A DNA stretch of 43,708 nucleotides from an uncultured Chloroflexota bacterium (GTDB taxonomy: Bacteria > Chloroflexota > Limnocylindria > Limnocylindrales > CSP1-4). The stretch is taken from assembly GCA_903928275.1 (NCBI GenBank), contig CAIYQJ010000412.1, forward strand, positions 1 to 43,708, given 5' to 3'. The notes under the pieces were generated by a model that ran no database searches, was not told the origin of the DNA, and saw nothing but the letters and a program-made list of their open reading frames with translations. Position 1 is the stretch's first letter. Each line of letters begins with the position of its first letter. Below are positions 7,147-16,895 of the stretch, one piece after another. A program made the translations under genes and the position numbers.

Positions 7147-9905
7147 CAGCCGCCCGTGCCGCTCGCAGCACGCAGCTCGGCTGCAAGGGCCGCGAAGGCA
7201 TCGCCGAGACCGTCGCGCCGCGTGCCCATCGCCTGCGCCATCTCCGGTCGCCCGCCGCCCTTCCCGTCGATGTGGCCGGCCATCGATCGGACGAGGGCAC
7301 CGGCCGAGACGCCGGATGCGACGAGATCGTCGCTCACCGTCACCCACACGGCCGGCTCGTCGGCGTCCAGGCCGAGCGCGATGATCCCCGGGCCGAGCGC
7401 GGACCGGAGGGCCTTGCTGAACCCCTTCATCGCGTCGACGGACTCGAACGGGCCGACGAAGGCGACGAGCCGGCGGCCGCCGCCGACGTCCTCCGCCGCG
7501 GCGACGAGCTCCGCGGGGCGCGGGATCGCGGTGGTCCCGCCGGCCCTCAGGCGGCGCTTCGCCTCGCGCAGCTCGTCCTGGAGCGCCGAGGCTCGGGCCG
7601 GGGCCGCGTCCGGCGTCGTGGCCCCGAGCGTCGCGGCGACCCGGTCGAGGAGGGCGATCCGCTCGAGGGCGTACGCGTCGGCTGCGTCACCGGTGACCGC
7701 CTCGATCCGTCGCATGCCCGCGCCGATGCTCCGCTCGCCGGTGATGAAGAACCCGCCGACCTCGCCAGTGGCGCGGCAGTGCGTCCCGCCGCACAGCTCG
7801 AAGCTGTAGTCGCGCACCCGCACGGTGCGGACCGTCTCGCCGTACTTCTCGTCGAAGAAGGCATCGGCGCCGGCCTCGATCGCGGCCGCCATCGGCATGA
7901 GCGCCGTCGCGAGCGGCCGGTCCTCGCGCACGACCCGGCGGACCTCGGCCTCGATGGCGCCCTTCTCGTCGTCCGTCACCGGGCGGTCGAGCGGGAAGTC
8001 GAACCGCAGGTACTCCGGCGCCACGAGCGACCCGGCCTGCCTCGCGCCCGGGCCCACGATGTTGCGCAGCGCCCGGTGCAGGAGGTGCGTCCCGGTGTGG
8101 TTGCGCATCGTGCGCGCCCTGCGGTCCGGGTCCACGACGGCGTCGAGGGTGTCGCCGACCTTCAGGCGACCGTGCAGGCGTCCGCGGTGCACGACGAGCC
8201 CGCCGACCGGCTTCTGCGTGTCGAGCACGTCGAAGATCGGTGACCCGCCCCCGGCCTCGCGCAGGACGCCGCGGTCACCGACCTGGCCGCCGCCCTCTGC
8301 GTAGAACGGGGTCCGGTCCAGGATGATCTCCACCTCTCCAGCGCCGGAGAGCTCGCCGTACTCCACGCCGTCGCGGAGGATCGCCACGACCCGTGCCTCG
8401 GCGGAGATGCCGTCGTACCCGATGAACGCCGTCTCCCCGACGCGGCGCAGCAGGCCTTCGTAGAGCGACGTGAGCTCGGCATGTCGCGCGAGCTCGGCCT
8501 TCTTCCCGCTCCGGCTGCGCGCGCGCTGCTCGGCGAGTGCGATGTCGTAGCCCGCGCGGTCCACGCCGACCCCGCACTCGGCCGCGAGCTCGATCGTGAG
8601 GTCGACCGGGAACCCGTACGTGTCATGGAGGCGGAACGCGACCCCGCCCGGCAGGACGGGCGCGTCGGCCGGCAGGTCCTCCACCCGACGCCCCACGACG
8701 CGGTCGGCCGACGTGAGCGGGATGAGGGCCTCCTCGAGCAGCTGGGTCCCGGCGTCGAGCGTGCGGGCGAACTGCGCCTCCTCGCGCCGGACCACGTCGA
8801 GGATCCGATCGCGCTCCGGGTGAAGATACGGGTAGGCCTCGCCCATGACGTCGATGACCGTGGCGGTCGTCTCGCCGAGGAATGGCTCGTGCCGGCCGAG
8901 GAGTCGGCCATGGCGCACCGCGCGACGAAGGATCCGCCGCAGGACGTAGCCGCGCCCCTCGTTGCCCGGGAGGACGCCGTCCGCCACGAGGAAGGTGATC
9001 GCCCGGGAATGGTCCGCGATGACCTGGTAGCTGAATCGCTCCGCCTCGAATCGCTCCGGGTCGTGTCCGAGGATCCGTCGCATCGTCGCGTGGATGGGAG
9101 CGAACAGGTCCGTGTCGAAGTTGCCGGGCACCTGCTGGAGGACGCTGGCGAGGCGCTCCAGGCTCATCCCGGTGTCGATGCTCGGGAACGGCAGCGGCAC
9201 GCGGCCGGTCGGCTTCTGGTCGAACTCCATGAACACGAGGTTCCAGAGCTCGAGCCAGCGGGGGCAGTTCTCGGAGTGGTCCGGGATGCACTCCGGGCCC
9301 TCCGACAGGTGGGCACCGCGATCGAAGTGGATCTCGCTGCACGGCCCGCACGGACCCGTGTCCGCCATCCGCCAGAAGTTGTTGTCGTCGCCCGCGTCCA
9401 CGTCGCCCCAGCGGGCCATCCGCTCCGGGGGCAGGCCGATCTCGTCACGCCAGACGTTCCATGCCACGTCGTCGTCCGAGTACGTCGTGGCTGCCAGCCG
9501 GTCGGCCGGGATCCCCATGTCGACGGTGAGGAACTGCCACGCCCAGTGGATCGCCTCGCGCTTGAAGTAGTCGCCGAAGCTCCAGTTGCCCAGCATCTCG
9601 AAGAAGGTGTTGTGGCGCGTCGTCCGGCCCACCTCCTCGAAGTCGTTGTGCTTGCCGGCGACCCGGAGGACGCGCTGGTAGTCCACGGCGCGCGTGTACG
9701 AACGGGTCTCGGCGCCGGTGAGGACGTCCTTGAACTGGACCATCCCGGAGTTCGTGAAGAGCAGGGTCTGGTCGCCCGCCGGCACGAGGGATGCGCTCGG
9801 CACCACGGCGTGGCCATGCTCCGCGAAGAACTCGACGAACCGGCGGCGGATCTCGGCGCTGGGCAGGGAGCGGATCCGCGGATCGGTCACTGGGGTCTCC
9901 ATCAC
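7146..9905 (-). CDS. alaS: Alanine--tRNA ligase
   Basis: 919 aa. It has class II AlaRS motifs (FTNSGMVQFK, RHNTFFEMLGNWSFGDYFK, GPCGPCSEIH), an editing domain (HTGTHLLH...CGGTHC) and a C-terminal DHHA1-like part. The track start at 9905 is GTG, and the next codon (9902) is ATG. Confidence 0.97.
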   Translation of the reverse strand: MMETPVTDPRIRSLPSAEIRRRFVEFFAEHGHAVVPSASLVPAGDQTLLFTNSGMVQFKDVLTGAETRSYTRAVDYQRVLRVAGKHNDFEEVGRTTRHNTFFEMLGNWSFGDYFKREAIHWAWQFLTVDMGIPADRLAATTYSDDDVAWNVWRDEIGLPPERMARWGDVDAGDDNNFWRMADTGPCGPCSEIHFDRGAHLSEGPECIPDHSENCPRWLELWNLVFMEFDQKPTGRVPLPFPSIDTGMSLERLASVLQQVPGNFDTDLFAPIHATMRRILGHDPERFEAERFSYQVIADHSRAITFLVADGVLPGNEGRGYVLRRILRRAVRHGRLLGRHEPFLGETTATVIDVMGEAYPYLHPERDRILDVVRREEAQFARTLDAGTQLLEEALIPLTSADRVVGRRVEDLPADAPVLPGGVAFRLHDTYGFPVDLTIELAAECGVGVDRAGYDIALAEQRARSRSGKKAELARHAELTSLYEGLLRRVGETAFIGYDGISAEARVVAILRDGVEYGELSGAGEVEIILDRTPFYAEGGGQVGDRGVLREAGGGSPIFDVLDTQKPVGGLVVHRGRLHGRLKVGDTLDAVVDPDRRARTMRNHTGTHLLHRALRNIVGPGARQAGSLVAPEYLRFDFPLDRPVTDDEKGAIEAEVRRVVREDRPLATALMPMAAAIEAGADAFFDEKYGETVRTVRVRDYSFELCGGTHCRATGEVGGFFITGERSIGAGMRRIEAVTGDAADAYALERIALLDRVAATLGATTPDAAPARASALQDELREAKRRLRAGGTTAIPRPAELVAAAEDVGGGRRLVAFVGPFESVDAMKGFSKALRSALGPGIIALGLDADEPAVWVTVSDDLVASGVSAGALVRSMAGHIDGKGGGRPEMAQAMGTRRDGLGDAFAALAAELRAASGTGG

Positions 9906-9970
9906 GGCTATGGTACCGAACGATCGCGATGGCCGGCCACGGGCCGCGCTCCGGGGCCGGCACGGGGCCG

Positions 9971-10264
9971 TCAGGGCCCCTCGGGCCCCCGGGGCCTGGG
10001 CGCGCCGAGGACCGAGAGGATCTCCAGGATCCCGATGCCGAGGAGCGCGCCGCCGAACGCCGCGAGGACGCGGAAGTCGCCGATCGTCACGAGCGTCAGC
10101 CCGGCGAGACCGCCGATGGCGTCACCGGCCCATGCCCCCAGGATCGCGGCGATCCCGACGAGCCCGATCGGTGCGAGGGTCCGGCCCCGGACGAGCACGT
10201 ACAGGGCGCTCGTGAAGACGCCGACGAGGGCTGCGAGGACGAGAGACGGCGACACCGCGGGCAT
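9971..10264 (-). CDS. Small hydrophobic membrane protein (about 3 TM segments), unknown function
   Basis: 97 aa: MPAVSPSLVLAALVGVFTSALYVLV...IGLVGIAAILGAWAGDAIGGLAGL...VLAAFGGALLGIGILEIL. The ATG at 10264 lies 11 nt after the mnmA stop. The ORF fills the mnmA-alaS gap in the same orientation, and GC3 is high. Confidence 0.55.
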   Translation of the reverse strand: MPAVSPSLVLAALVGVFTSALYVLVRGRTLAPIGLVGIAAILGAWAGDAIGGLAGLTLVTIGDFRVLAAFGGALLGIGILEILSVLGAPRPRGPEGP

Positions 10265-10275
10265 GCCTGGGCCAC

Positions 10276-11397
10276 TCAGGCCCGGGCGATCCGGCCACCG
10301 CCGAGAACCACGTCACTGTCGTAGAGGACGCACGCCTGGCCCGGAGCGGCGGCCCACACGGGCACGTCGGTGGTGACCGTCCACGTGGCGTTCCCGGCCG
10401 CGTGTCGTCCCTCGTGACGGATGGTCGCCGGGACGGGCGCGGCACCGTGGCGGACCTGCGCCGCGGCTCGGAACTCGTCGGCGGGAGGTTCGCCGGCGAC
10501 CCACGATGCGTCGCGGATCGCGACGGTCCGGGTCTCGAGATCCTCCCGGCGGCCGAGGACGATCGTGTTCGTCGCCGGGTCGATCCGGCTCACGTAGCGG
10601 GGCGATCCCAGGGCGACGCCGAGGCCGCCCCGCTGGCCGACCGTGAACCCGGCGATGCCCGAGTGCGCGCCGACGACCGCGCCGTCGGCGTCCACGATCG
10701 GCCCGCCGACGGACGAGGCGTCGCGCTCGCGGACGACGGCGCGATAGTCCCCGCCCGGCGCGAAGCACAGCTCCTGGCTCTCGGGCTTGTGGGCCGTCGC
10801 GAGGCCGTGGTCGCGTGCGAGCGCACGGACCTCGTCCTTCCGCATGGCGCCGAGCGGGAAGAGCGTGTGTCGCAGTTGCTCCTGTCCGAGACCGTAGAGG
10901 AAGTAGCTCTGGTCCTTGGCGGGATCGGTGCCGCGAAGGAGGGACCGACGCGCCGTGGTCGCCCCGTCGCCGTGCCGGGATGTCGCGGGCTCCGCGTCCA
11001 CGACGCGCGCGTAGTGACCGGTCGCGACGGCGTCGCAGTCGTACGCGAGGCGCGCACGGCCGAGGAGGACGCCGAACTTCACCAGGGTGTTGCAGTCCAC
11101 GCACGGGCTCGGCGTCTCCCCGCCCGCGTATGCGGCGAGGAACGGGGCGATGACCGCCGCATCGAACTCGCGTTCGAGGTCGAGCATGTAGAACGGGATG
11201 CCGATCTGGCCCGCGACTCGCCGCGCGTCGTCCGCTGCATCGAGCGAGCAGCAGCTCCGCGACCGCTCCGAGTAGGCGTCCGCGACGCCGTGCAGGCGCA
11301 TCCAGACGCCGATGACCTCGTGCCCCTCGGCATGGAGGCGCGCCGCGGCGACGGACGAGTCCACGCCGCCGGACATGGCGACGAGGACGCGGCTCAC
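10276..11397 (-). CDS. mnmA: tRNA-specific 2-thiouridylase MnmA
   Basis: This is the C-terminal 373 codons of track ORF 10276..12726. It contains the PP-loop VLVAMSGGVDSSVAA, CCS.D..DA, TPSPCVDCN and KDQSYFL. The GTG at 11397 overlaps the desulfurase stop (GTGA). Confidence 0.93.
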   Translation of the reverse strand: MSRVLVAMSGGVDSSVAAARLHAEGHEVIGVWMRLHGVADAYSERSRSCCSLDAADDARRVAGQIGIPFYMLDLEREFDAAVIAPFLAAYAGGETPSPCVDCNTLVKFGVLLGRARLAYDCDAVATGHYARVVDAEPATSRHGDGATTARRSLLRGTDPAKDQSYFLYGLGQEQLRHTLFPLGAMRKDEVRALARDHGLATAHKPESQELCFAPGGDYRAVVRERDASSVGGPIVDADGAVVGAHSGIAGFTVGQRGGLGVALGSPRYVSRIDPATNTIVLGRREDLETRTVAIRDASWVAGEPPADEFRAAAQVRHGAAPVPATIRHEGRHAAGNATWTVTTDVPVWAAAPGQACVLYDSDVVLGGGRIARA

Positions 11398-12605
11398 GGC
11401 AGGGCCGCCGGACGCGGCGCGGCGTCCGTGGCGGTGCCGTCCGGGCCGGCGGACGCCGCGTGCGCGGCCCGGGCACGCTCGATCGCCGGAGGAAGCAGCG
11501 CGATCGCCCGGTCCACGTCCGCATCCGTCGTCGCCCTGCCGACGGAGAGGCGGACGGCACCGCGCGCCTCGGCCTCCGGGTAGCCCATCGCCGTCAGGAC
11601 GTGGGAGACCTCCGCCGAGCCGGTCGCGCAGGCGGATCCCGTCGAGCACGCGAGGCCCTCGAGGTCGAGGATCGTCGTGATCGTGCCGCCCTCCGCGTCG
11701 GCCACCACGAAGCTCGCGATGTGCGGGAGGCGGTCGGTGCGGTGCCCTGTCACCGTCACGCCGGGGCCCGTGACCGACGCGACGAGCCGATCTCGCAGGC
11801 CGGCGACCCGCGGGACGGCGGTGCCCATCTCGCGGACCGCGAGCTCGAGGGCGGTGGCGAGGCCCACGGCGCCGGCGACGTCCTCGGTCCCCGCCCTGCG
11901 ATGGCGCTCCTGCGACCCGCCGTGCTGCTGCGCCACGATGTGGGTGCCGCGCCGGATGTACAGCGCGCCGACGCCCCTGGGGCCCCCGAGCTTGTGGCCG
12001 GCGATGGAGAGCAAGTCGACACCGAGCGCTTCGACGTCGAGCGGCAGCCATGGCGCCGCCTGGACCGCGTCCGCGTGGAAGAGGACCCCTCGATGCCGAT
12101 GCACGCGCTCCGCGATCGCCGCGATCGGCTGGACGGTCCCGACCTCGTTGTTCGCCGCCATGACGCTCACGAGCGCCGTCCTGTCGGTGACGGCGGCAGC
12201 CACGGCATCCGGGTCCACGCGCCCGTCCCGGTCGACGCCCACGACCGCGACGTCGAACCCGTGGCGCTCGAGGTGACGTGCCGAGCCCTCGACAGCGTGG
12301 TGTTCGACGGCCGAGATGACGAGGCGGTGGCCCCGCGCCGATCCCGCCCACGCACCGCCCTTGACGGCGAGGTTGATCGACTCGGTGCCCCCCGAGGTGA
12401 GGACGATCTCGCGCGCCGTCGCGCCGAGGCACGTCGCGATCCGCTCGTGCGCGTCGTCGAGCGCCGCCCTCGCGGCTCGTCCGCGGGCGTGGGCCGACGA
12501 GGGGTTCCCCCACCCGTCGCGAAGGTGCGGGAGCATCACGTCGAGGACCTCCGCGCGGAGCGGGGTCGTGGCCGCGTGGTCGAGGTAGACGGTGTCGCGG
12601 AGCAT
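11394..12605 (-). CDS. iscS: Cysteine desulfurase (class V aminotransferase, IscS/NifS-like)
   Basis: 403 aa. Motifs are YLDHAATTP, NPSSAH, TSGGTESIN, the PLP lysine context SIAGHKLGGPRGVGALY, and the active-site Cys loop STGSACATGS. It sits directly upstream of mnmA, matching the conserved sulfur-relay pair. Confidence 0.93.
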   Translation of the reverse strand: MLRDTVYLDHAATTPLRAEVLDVMLPHLRDGWGNPSSAHARGRAARAALDDAHERIATCLGATAREIVLTSGGTESINLAVKGGAWAGSARGHRLVISAVEHHAVEGSARHLERHGFDVAVVGVDRDGRVDPDAVAAAVTDRTALVSVMAANNEVGTVQPIAAIAERVHRHRGVLFHADAVQAAPWLPLDVEALGVDLLSIAGHKLGGPRGVGALYIRRGTHIVAQQHGGSQERHRRAGTEDVAGAVGLATALELAVREMGTAVPRVAGLRDRLVASVTGPGVTVTGHRTDRLPHIASFVVADAEGGTITTILDLEGLACSTGSACATGSAEVSHVLTAMGYPEAEARGAVRLSVGRATTDADVDRAIALLPPAIERARAAHAASAGPDGTATDAAPRPAALP

Positions 12606-12670
12606 CGCCGGGATCGTACGGCATGCCCGACCGGATCGCGCCCGCCTCGTCGGACGAGCGCGGCGGGAGA

Positions 12671-14593
12671 TCAGTGCTCGCCGCCGCGAGCCTCCGCGAG
12701 CCGACCGGCCTCCCGCCGGCGATCATGCTGCGCGAGCATCCGCTTCCGGACGCGGAGGCTGTGGGGCGTGACCTCGAGCAGCTCGTCGCCCCCGATGAAC
12801 TCGATCGCCCCCTCGAGCGTGAGGATCCGCGGTGGCGTGAGACGGAGCGACTCGTCGTGCGAGTGGGTGCGCATGTTCGTGAGCTTCTTCTCGCGGGTGA
12901 CGTTCACGTCCATGTCACCTGGCCGACTGCTCTCCCCGACGACCATCCCCTCGTACACGTCGGTCCCGGCATCGATGTGCAGCTCGCCACGCTCCTGGAG
13001 GTTGAAGAGGGCGTACCCGGTGGACGTCCCGGTGCGATCGGCGACGAGCGCGCCGGTCGTCCGGTGCGTCACGTCGCCCGCCCACGGGCCGTACCCCTCG
13101 CCGATCTGGTGCAGGAGCGCGGTCCCCCGGGTGAGCGTGAGGAGCTGCCCGCGGAACCCGATGAGGCCGCGGACCGGCAGCACGTACTCCATGCGGACCC
13201 GGCCGTCGGTGTCGGTCGTCATCATCTCGAGCCGTGCCTGGCGGTCCGCGAGCGCCGCCTGGACCTGGCCGATGTAGTCCGGCGGCAGGTCCACCGTGAC
13301 GCGTTCGTACGGCTCCTGGAGCTCGCCGTCGACGGTGCGAAGCAGGACCTCCGGCCGCGAGACCTGGAGCTCGTATCCCTCGCGTCGCATCTGCTCGATG
13401 AGGATCGCGAGCTGGAGCTCGCCCCGACCGCGGATCTCGAAGGACTCCGCGGTCGCCGTGGGCACGAGCTCGATCGAGACGTTCCCGAGCACCTCGCGCT
13501 CCAGCCGGGCCTTGAGATGGCGGCCGGTCACGTAGCGGCCCTCGCGCCCCGACAACGGCGACGTGTTCGCCGCGAACGTCATGCTCAACGTGGGGGCGTC
13601 CACGTCGAGCCCGGGAAGCGGCCGCGGGTCCGCGGGGTCCGTGAGCGTGTCGCCGATCGTGACGTCCGGGATCCCGGCCACCGACACCACGTCGCCGGGC
13701 CGGGCCTCCTCGACGTCGATCCGCTCGATCCCCTGTGCCGTCGTCAATGCGGTCACCGTGCCTGTCACGGTCACCGTCCGTCCCGGCTCCACCGCGCCGT
13801 CGGTCGCGGCGGCCTCCTCGCGGACGATCGCGATGCGCTGGCCCATCCGGATCGTGCCGTTGCGGACCCGGCCGATGGCCATCCGGCCCACGTACTCGTT
13901 CGCGGACAGGTTCGTCACGAGCAGCTGCAGCGGGTGGTCGGGTTCGTACGTGGGCGGCGGGGTCACCGAGATCATGAGATCGAGCAGGGGCCCGAGATCC
14001 GTGCCCGGCGACTCCGGGTCGAGCGACGCGGTACCCGCCTTCGCGTTCGTGTAGACGATCGGGAACTCGATCTGGTGCTCGTCGGCTCCCAGGTCGAGGA
14101 ACAGCTCGTAGACCGCGTCCACCACCTCGGCGATGCGCGCGTCGTGGCGGTCGATCTTGTTGATGACGAGGACGACCGGCAGGTGGCGCTCGAGCGCCTT
14201 CCGGAGCACGTAGCGCGTCTGCGGCAGCGGCCCCTCCGCGGCGTCGACGAGGAGGAGGATCGAGTCGACAAGGAGGAGCGACCGCTCGACCTCGCCCCCG
14301 AAGTCCGCGTGACCCGGCGTGTCCACGATATTCAGGTGGACGCCCGCGTGCTCCACGGCGGTGTGCTTCGCGAGGATGGTGATGCCCTTCTCGCGCTCGA
14401 GGTCCCCGGAATCGAGGACCCGCTCGGCGACCTCCTGGTTGGCGCGGAACGTCCCCGTCTGCCGGAGGAGCGCGTCGACGAGCGTGGTCTTGCCATGGTC
14501 GACGTGCGCGACGATGGCGAGGTTGCGCACGTCTGCGCGAACGGCCGTCGCGGGCGGGGCAGGCGTGGCGGGGCGGTGCGCGATGTCTGTCAT
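12671..14593 (-). CDS. typA: Translational GTPase TypA/BipA
   Basis: 640 aa. G-motifs are AHVDHGKTTLVDALL, DTPGHADFGGEVER and NKIDR, followed by EF-G-like domains and the BipA C-terminal domain. Confidence 0.95.
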   Translation of the reverse strand: MTDIAHRPATPAPPATAVRADVRNLAIVAHVDHGKTTLVDALLRQTGTFRANQEVAERVLDSGDLEREKGITILAKHTAVEHAGVHLNIVDTPGHADFGGEVERSLLLVDSILLLVDAAEGPLPQTRYVLRKALERHLPVVLVINKIDRHDARIAEVVDAVYELFLDLGADEHQIEFPIVYTNAKAGTASLDPESPGTDLGPLLDLMISVTPPPTYEPDHPLQLLVTNLSANEYVGRMAIGRVRNGTIRMGQRIAIVREEAAATDGAVEPGRTVTVTGTVTALTTAQGIERIDVEEARPGDVVSVAGIPDVTIGDTLTDPADPRPLPGLDVDAPTLSMTFAANTSPLSGREGRYVTGRHLKARLEREVLGNVSIELVPTATAESFEIRGRGELQLAILIEQMRREGYELQVSRPEVLLRTVDGELQEPYERVTVDLPPDYIGQVQAALADRQARLEMMTTDTDGRVRMEYVLPVRGLIGFRGQLLTLTRGTALLHQIGEGYGPWAGDVTHRTTGALVADRTGTSTGYALFNLQERGELHIDAGTDVYEGMVVGESSRPGDMDVNVTREKKLTNMRTHSHDESLRLTPPRILTLEGAIEFIGGDELLEVTPHSLRVRKRMLAQHDRRREAGRLAEARGGEH

Positions 14594-14651
14594 GGGCTCG
14601 CCTATGGTCGCACAGGTCGTCGATGGGGCCCGTGTGGCCAGGGCGTGGTGG

Positions 14652-15038
14652 TCAGGGGATGCCCAGGACCTCCCTCGCGCGCGCGGGGTCGTCCACGATG
14701 AGAGCCACCTCGAGCTGCCCCTGTCCGCGTCCCACGACCATGACGCCGAAGACGTCCACCCCTCCCACGCCGAGGCGGTCCGCGAGCGTGGCGAGTGCTC
14801 CCGGACGGTCGTCGAGGGTGGTGAGGAGCGGCTCTCCGGCGATGAATGGGAGCCCGGCCGCGTAGAGCGCCTCCGCGGTCGCCTCGTCCGCGTCCGTCTC
14901 GATCACCGCGTACCCCACCGCCCCCATCCCGCCGCCGGCGAGCTGGCGGATGTCGATCCGGCGCTCGCCGAGCACGCGAGCGAGGCCGGCCAGCGCTCCG
15001 GGCCGGTTCTCGAGCTGCACGATGAACTGGCGTGTCAT
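14652..15038 (-). CDS. Tandem ACT-domain protein
   Basis: Track ORF 14652..15146 was trimmed to ATG 15038 (MTRQFIVQLENRPGALAGLARVLGERRIDI...). A second repeat reads LLTTLDDRPGALATLADRLGVGGVDV. These are two ACT-like ligand-binding folds. 128 aa. Confidence 0.75.
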   Translation of the reverse strand: MTRQFIVQLENRPGALAGLARVLGERRIDIRQLAGGGMGAVGYAVIETDADEATAEALYAAGLPFIAGEPLLTTLDDRPGALATLADRLGVGGVDVFGVMVVGRGQGQLEVALIVDDPARAREVLGIP

Positions 15039-15160
15039 CGCTGACCTCCGGTCGGACGGCCGCCGCGAAGCGGCGGGTGCCCCGGTGGCAATGGTACCCC
15101 GGGCCCGAGCGTCACCCCGGCGCACCGTGCGTACACTGCGAGCCACCGCCGGAGGAGCCC

Positions 15161-15820
15161 GTGACTGTCGCCGCCGTCATCCTCATCGCCACCGTGGAGG
15201 GCGCGCTCGCCCTTGCCGACGGCGTCCCCGGCGTCCGGCGGATCGCCGATGCGGCGTGGGCCGGCGGAGCGATCCCGATCGTCGTCGTCGCGGCGGACCC
15301 CGACGGCGCGCTGACGGAGGCGCTCGCGGGTTCCGAGGCCGTCCTCGCGCCGCCCGCCGACGCCGCGGCCGGACCCGTCGGCGAGGTGGTGACGGGCATC
15401 GATGCGGCGATCGCGAGGATCCGCGAGACGACCGCGGTCCTCGCCTGGCCGGCCGGCCGGCCCTGGGTCGACGCCGAGACCGTCACCTCCCTCATCGAGG
15501 CGCACGGGTCCCACGCCGGGCCGGTCGTCCGGCCGGCCTACCGCGCGGAGCCCGGGTGGCCCGCCCTCATCCCCGTCGGGCACCGTGCCGTGCTCGTGAC
15601 GATCCCGGCGACGGCACCTCTCCCCCATCTCCTCGACGCGCTCGCGGGATCCGGGGTCGACGTGCGGGTCGTGGAGGTGGGCGATCCCGGCGTCGTGGTG
15701 GAGGCCGGCACGACGCGCGCGGATCTCCCGCCGTTCGATGGCCCGCCCGGGCCGACGAGCGGCGCCCACCACGAGTGGGGCGCCACGGCGGTCGCGGACC
15801 GGCTCGACGGAGGCCGCTGA
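15161..15820 (+). CDS. MobA/MocA-like nucleotidyltransferase-fold protein (degenerate N-terminal signature)
   Basis: Track ORF 15032..15820 was trimmed to GTG 15161, which is preceded by GGAGGAG (15151..15157). VAAVILIA...GVRRIADAAWAGGAIPIVVVAADPDG...VLAWPAGRPWVDAETVTSLIEA resembles the NTP_transf_3 layout. The usual LAAGxSxRMG loop is replaced by LIATVEGALALADG. Confidence 0.6.
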   Translation: MTVAAVILIATVEGALALADGVPGVRRIADAAWAGGAIPIVVVAADPDGALTEALAGSEAVLAPPADAAAGPVGEVVTGIDAAIARIRETTAVLAWPAGRPWVDAETVTSLIEAHGSHAGPVVRPAYRAEPGWPALIPVGHRAVLVTIPATAPLPHLLDALAGSGVDVRVVEVGDPGVVVEAGTTRADLPPFDGPPGPTSGAHHEWGATAVADRLDGGR

Positions 15821-15844
15821 GCGCGCGCGCCGGTCGGACCGGGG

Positions 15845-15866
15845 GGCCCGGCCTGCCGCCCGGGCC
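15845..15866. terminator. GC-rich hairpin in a convergent intergenic region (candidate bidirectional terminator)
   Basis: GGCCCGG (15845..15851) pairs with CCGGGCC (15860..15866) across an 8-nt loop. It lies between the stop of the plus-strand gene (15820) and the stop of the minus-strand EamA gene (15881). There is no clear U-tract. Confidence 0.3.
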
Positions 15867-15880
15867 GCGCCGAACCTCCC

Positions 15881-16885
15881 CTACTCGCCCCCCAGCGTCG
15901 CGCTCGTGTCCGCTCGTCGCGCGGCGACGGCCGCGCGCATCCGCCCGATCGGCGCTGTCGCGAGGACGAGGCCGCCGAGGATGAGCGCCACTCCCCCGAG
16001 CTGCAGAGGCGACGGCGCCTCGCCGAGCAGGGTCGCGGCGGCGATGACCGTCACCACCGGCTGGACGAGAAGGAGCAGCGACGTCACCGCGGCCGGCAGT
16101 CGCGGCAGCGAGACGTTGATGAGGCCGTAGCCGGCGACCTGGGACGTCAGCGCCACGACGAGGAGCCAGCCCATCATCGGCCACGCCGGCGCGAGCACGA
16201 GGTCGCCGAGGACGAGCCCGATGACGAGGGCCGTCACCGCGGAGATGGCCGACGCGTCGAACAGCGGTCCGAAGACGCGGCCGTCGCGGCTGCCACGCCG
16301 GATGAGCAGCAGGTACGCCGAGTACGCGCACGCGGCCGTGAGGCCGAAGAGGACGCCCAGCCCCGGGTCCGCACCGTACGCGCCCGTCTCGAAGACGCCC
16401 GAGATACAGGCCGCCCCGAGCACCACGATCGGAATCGCCCCGAGGGTCCTGTTCGACGGCCGCTCCCCGAGGAGCAACCAGCCGACGAGCGCGACGATGA
16501 CGACCTGGAGGTTCGCGAGGACCGTCGCGAGGCCGGCGCCCACCTCGAGGACGGCGTTCATCCACAGGAGCAGGTCGAACGCGAAGAAGAACCCCGCGGC
16601 GAGCGCGAACAGGCGCGCCCGCCGAGCACGCGGCCCCACCCGTCGGTCCTCGTAGCGGAGGAGGAGGTAGAGCACCGGCAGGGCGAACCCGCAACGCAGG
16701 ACCGTCGCCGTGCTCGGCGTCGCGCCCGAATAGCGGAAGAAGATGCCCGAGAACGCGATGAACGCGGCGCCGACGACCGCCGACGCCCGCGGCCGGGCCC
16801 CGAGAGCCGGGTAGAGCTCGATCGACCTGGTCGTCGGGACGCCCGACGCGCCGGGATCCGGCGGCGTCCCGACGGCGTCGGTCAT
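15881..16885 (-). CDS. EamA/DMT-family permease (10-TM drug/metabolite transporter)
   Basis: 334 aa. It has two EamA-like halves with multiple hydrophobic helices (AAFIAFSGIFFRY, LANLQVVIVALVGWLLLGERP, VTSLLLLVQPVVTVIAAATLLGE). The ATG lies 10 nt after the aspS stop. Confidence 0.85.
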   Translation of the reverse strand: MTDAVGTPPDPGASGVPTTRSIELYPALGARPRASAVVGAAFIAFSGIFFRYSGATPSTATVLRCGFALPVLYLLLRYEDRRVGPRARRARLFALAAGFFFAFDLLLWMNAVLEVGAGLATVLANLQVVIVALVGWLLLGERPSNRTLGAIPIVVLGAACISGVFETGAYGADPGLGVLFGLTAACAYSAYLLLIRRGSRDGRVFGPLFDASAISAVTALVIGLVLGDLVLAPAWPMMGWLLVVALTSQVAGYGLINVSLPRLPAAVTSLLLLVQPVVTVIAAATLLGEAPSPLQLGGVALILGGLVLATAPIGRMRAAVAARRADTSATLGGE

Positions 16886-16895
16886 GACTCCCGGC

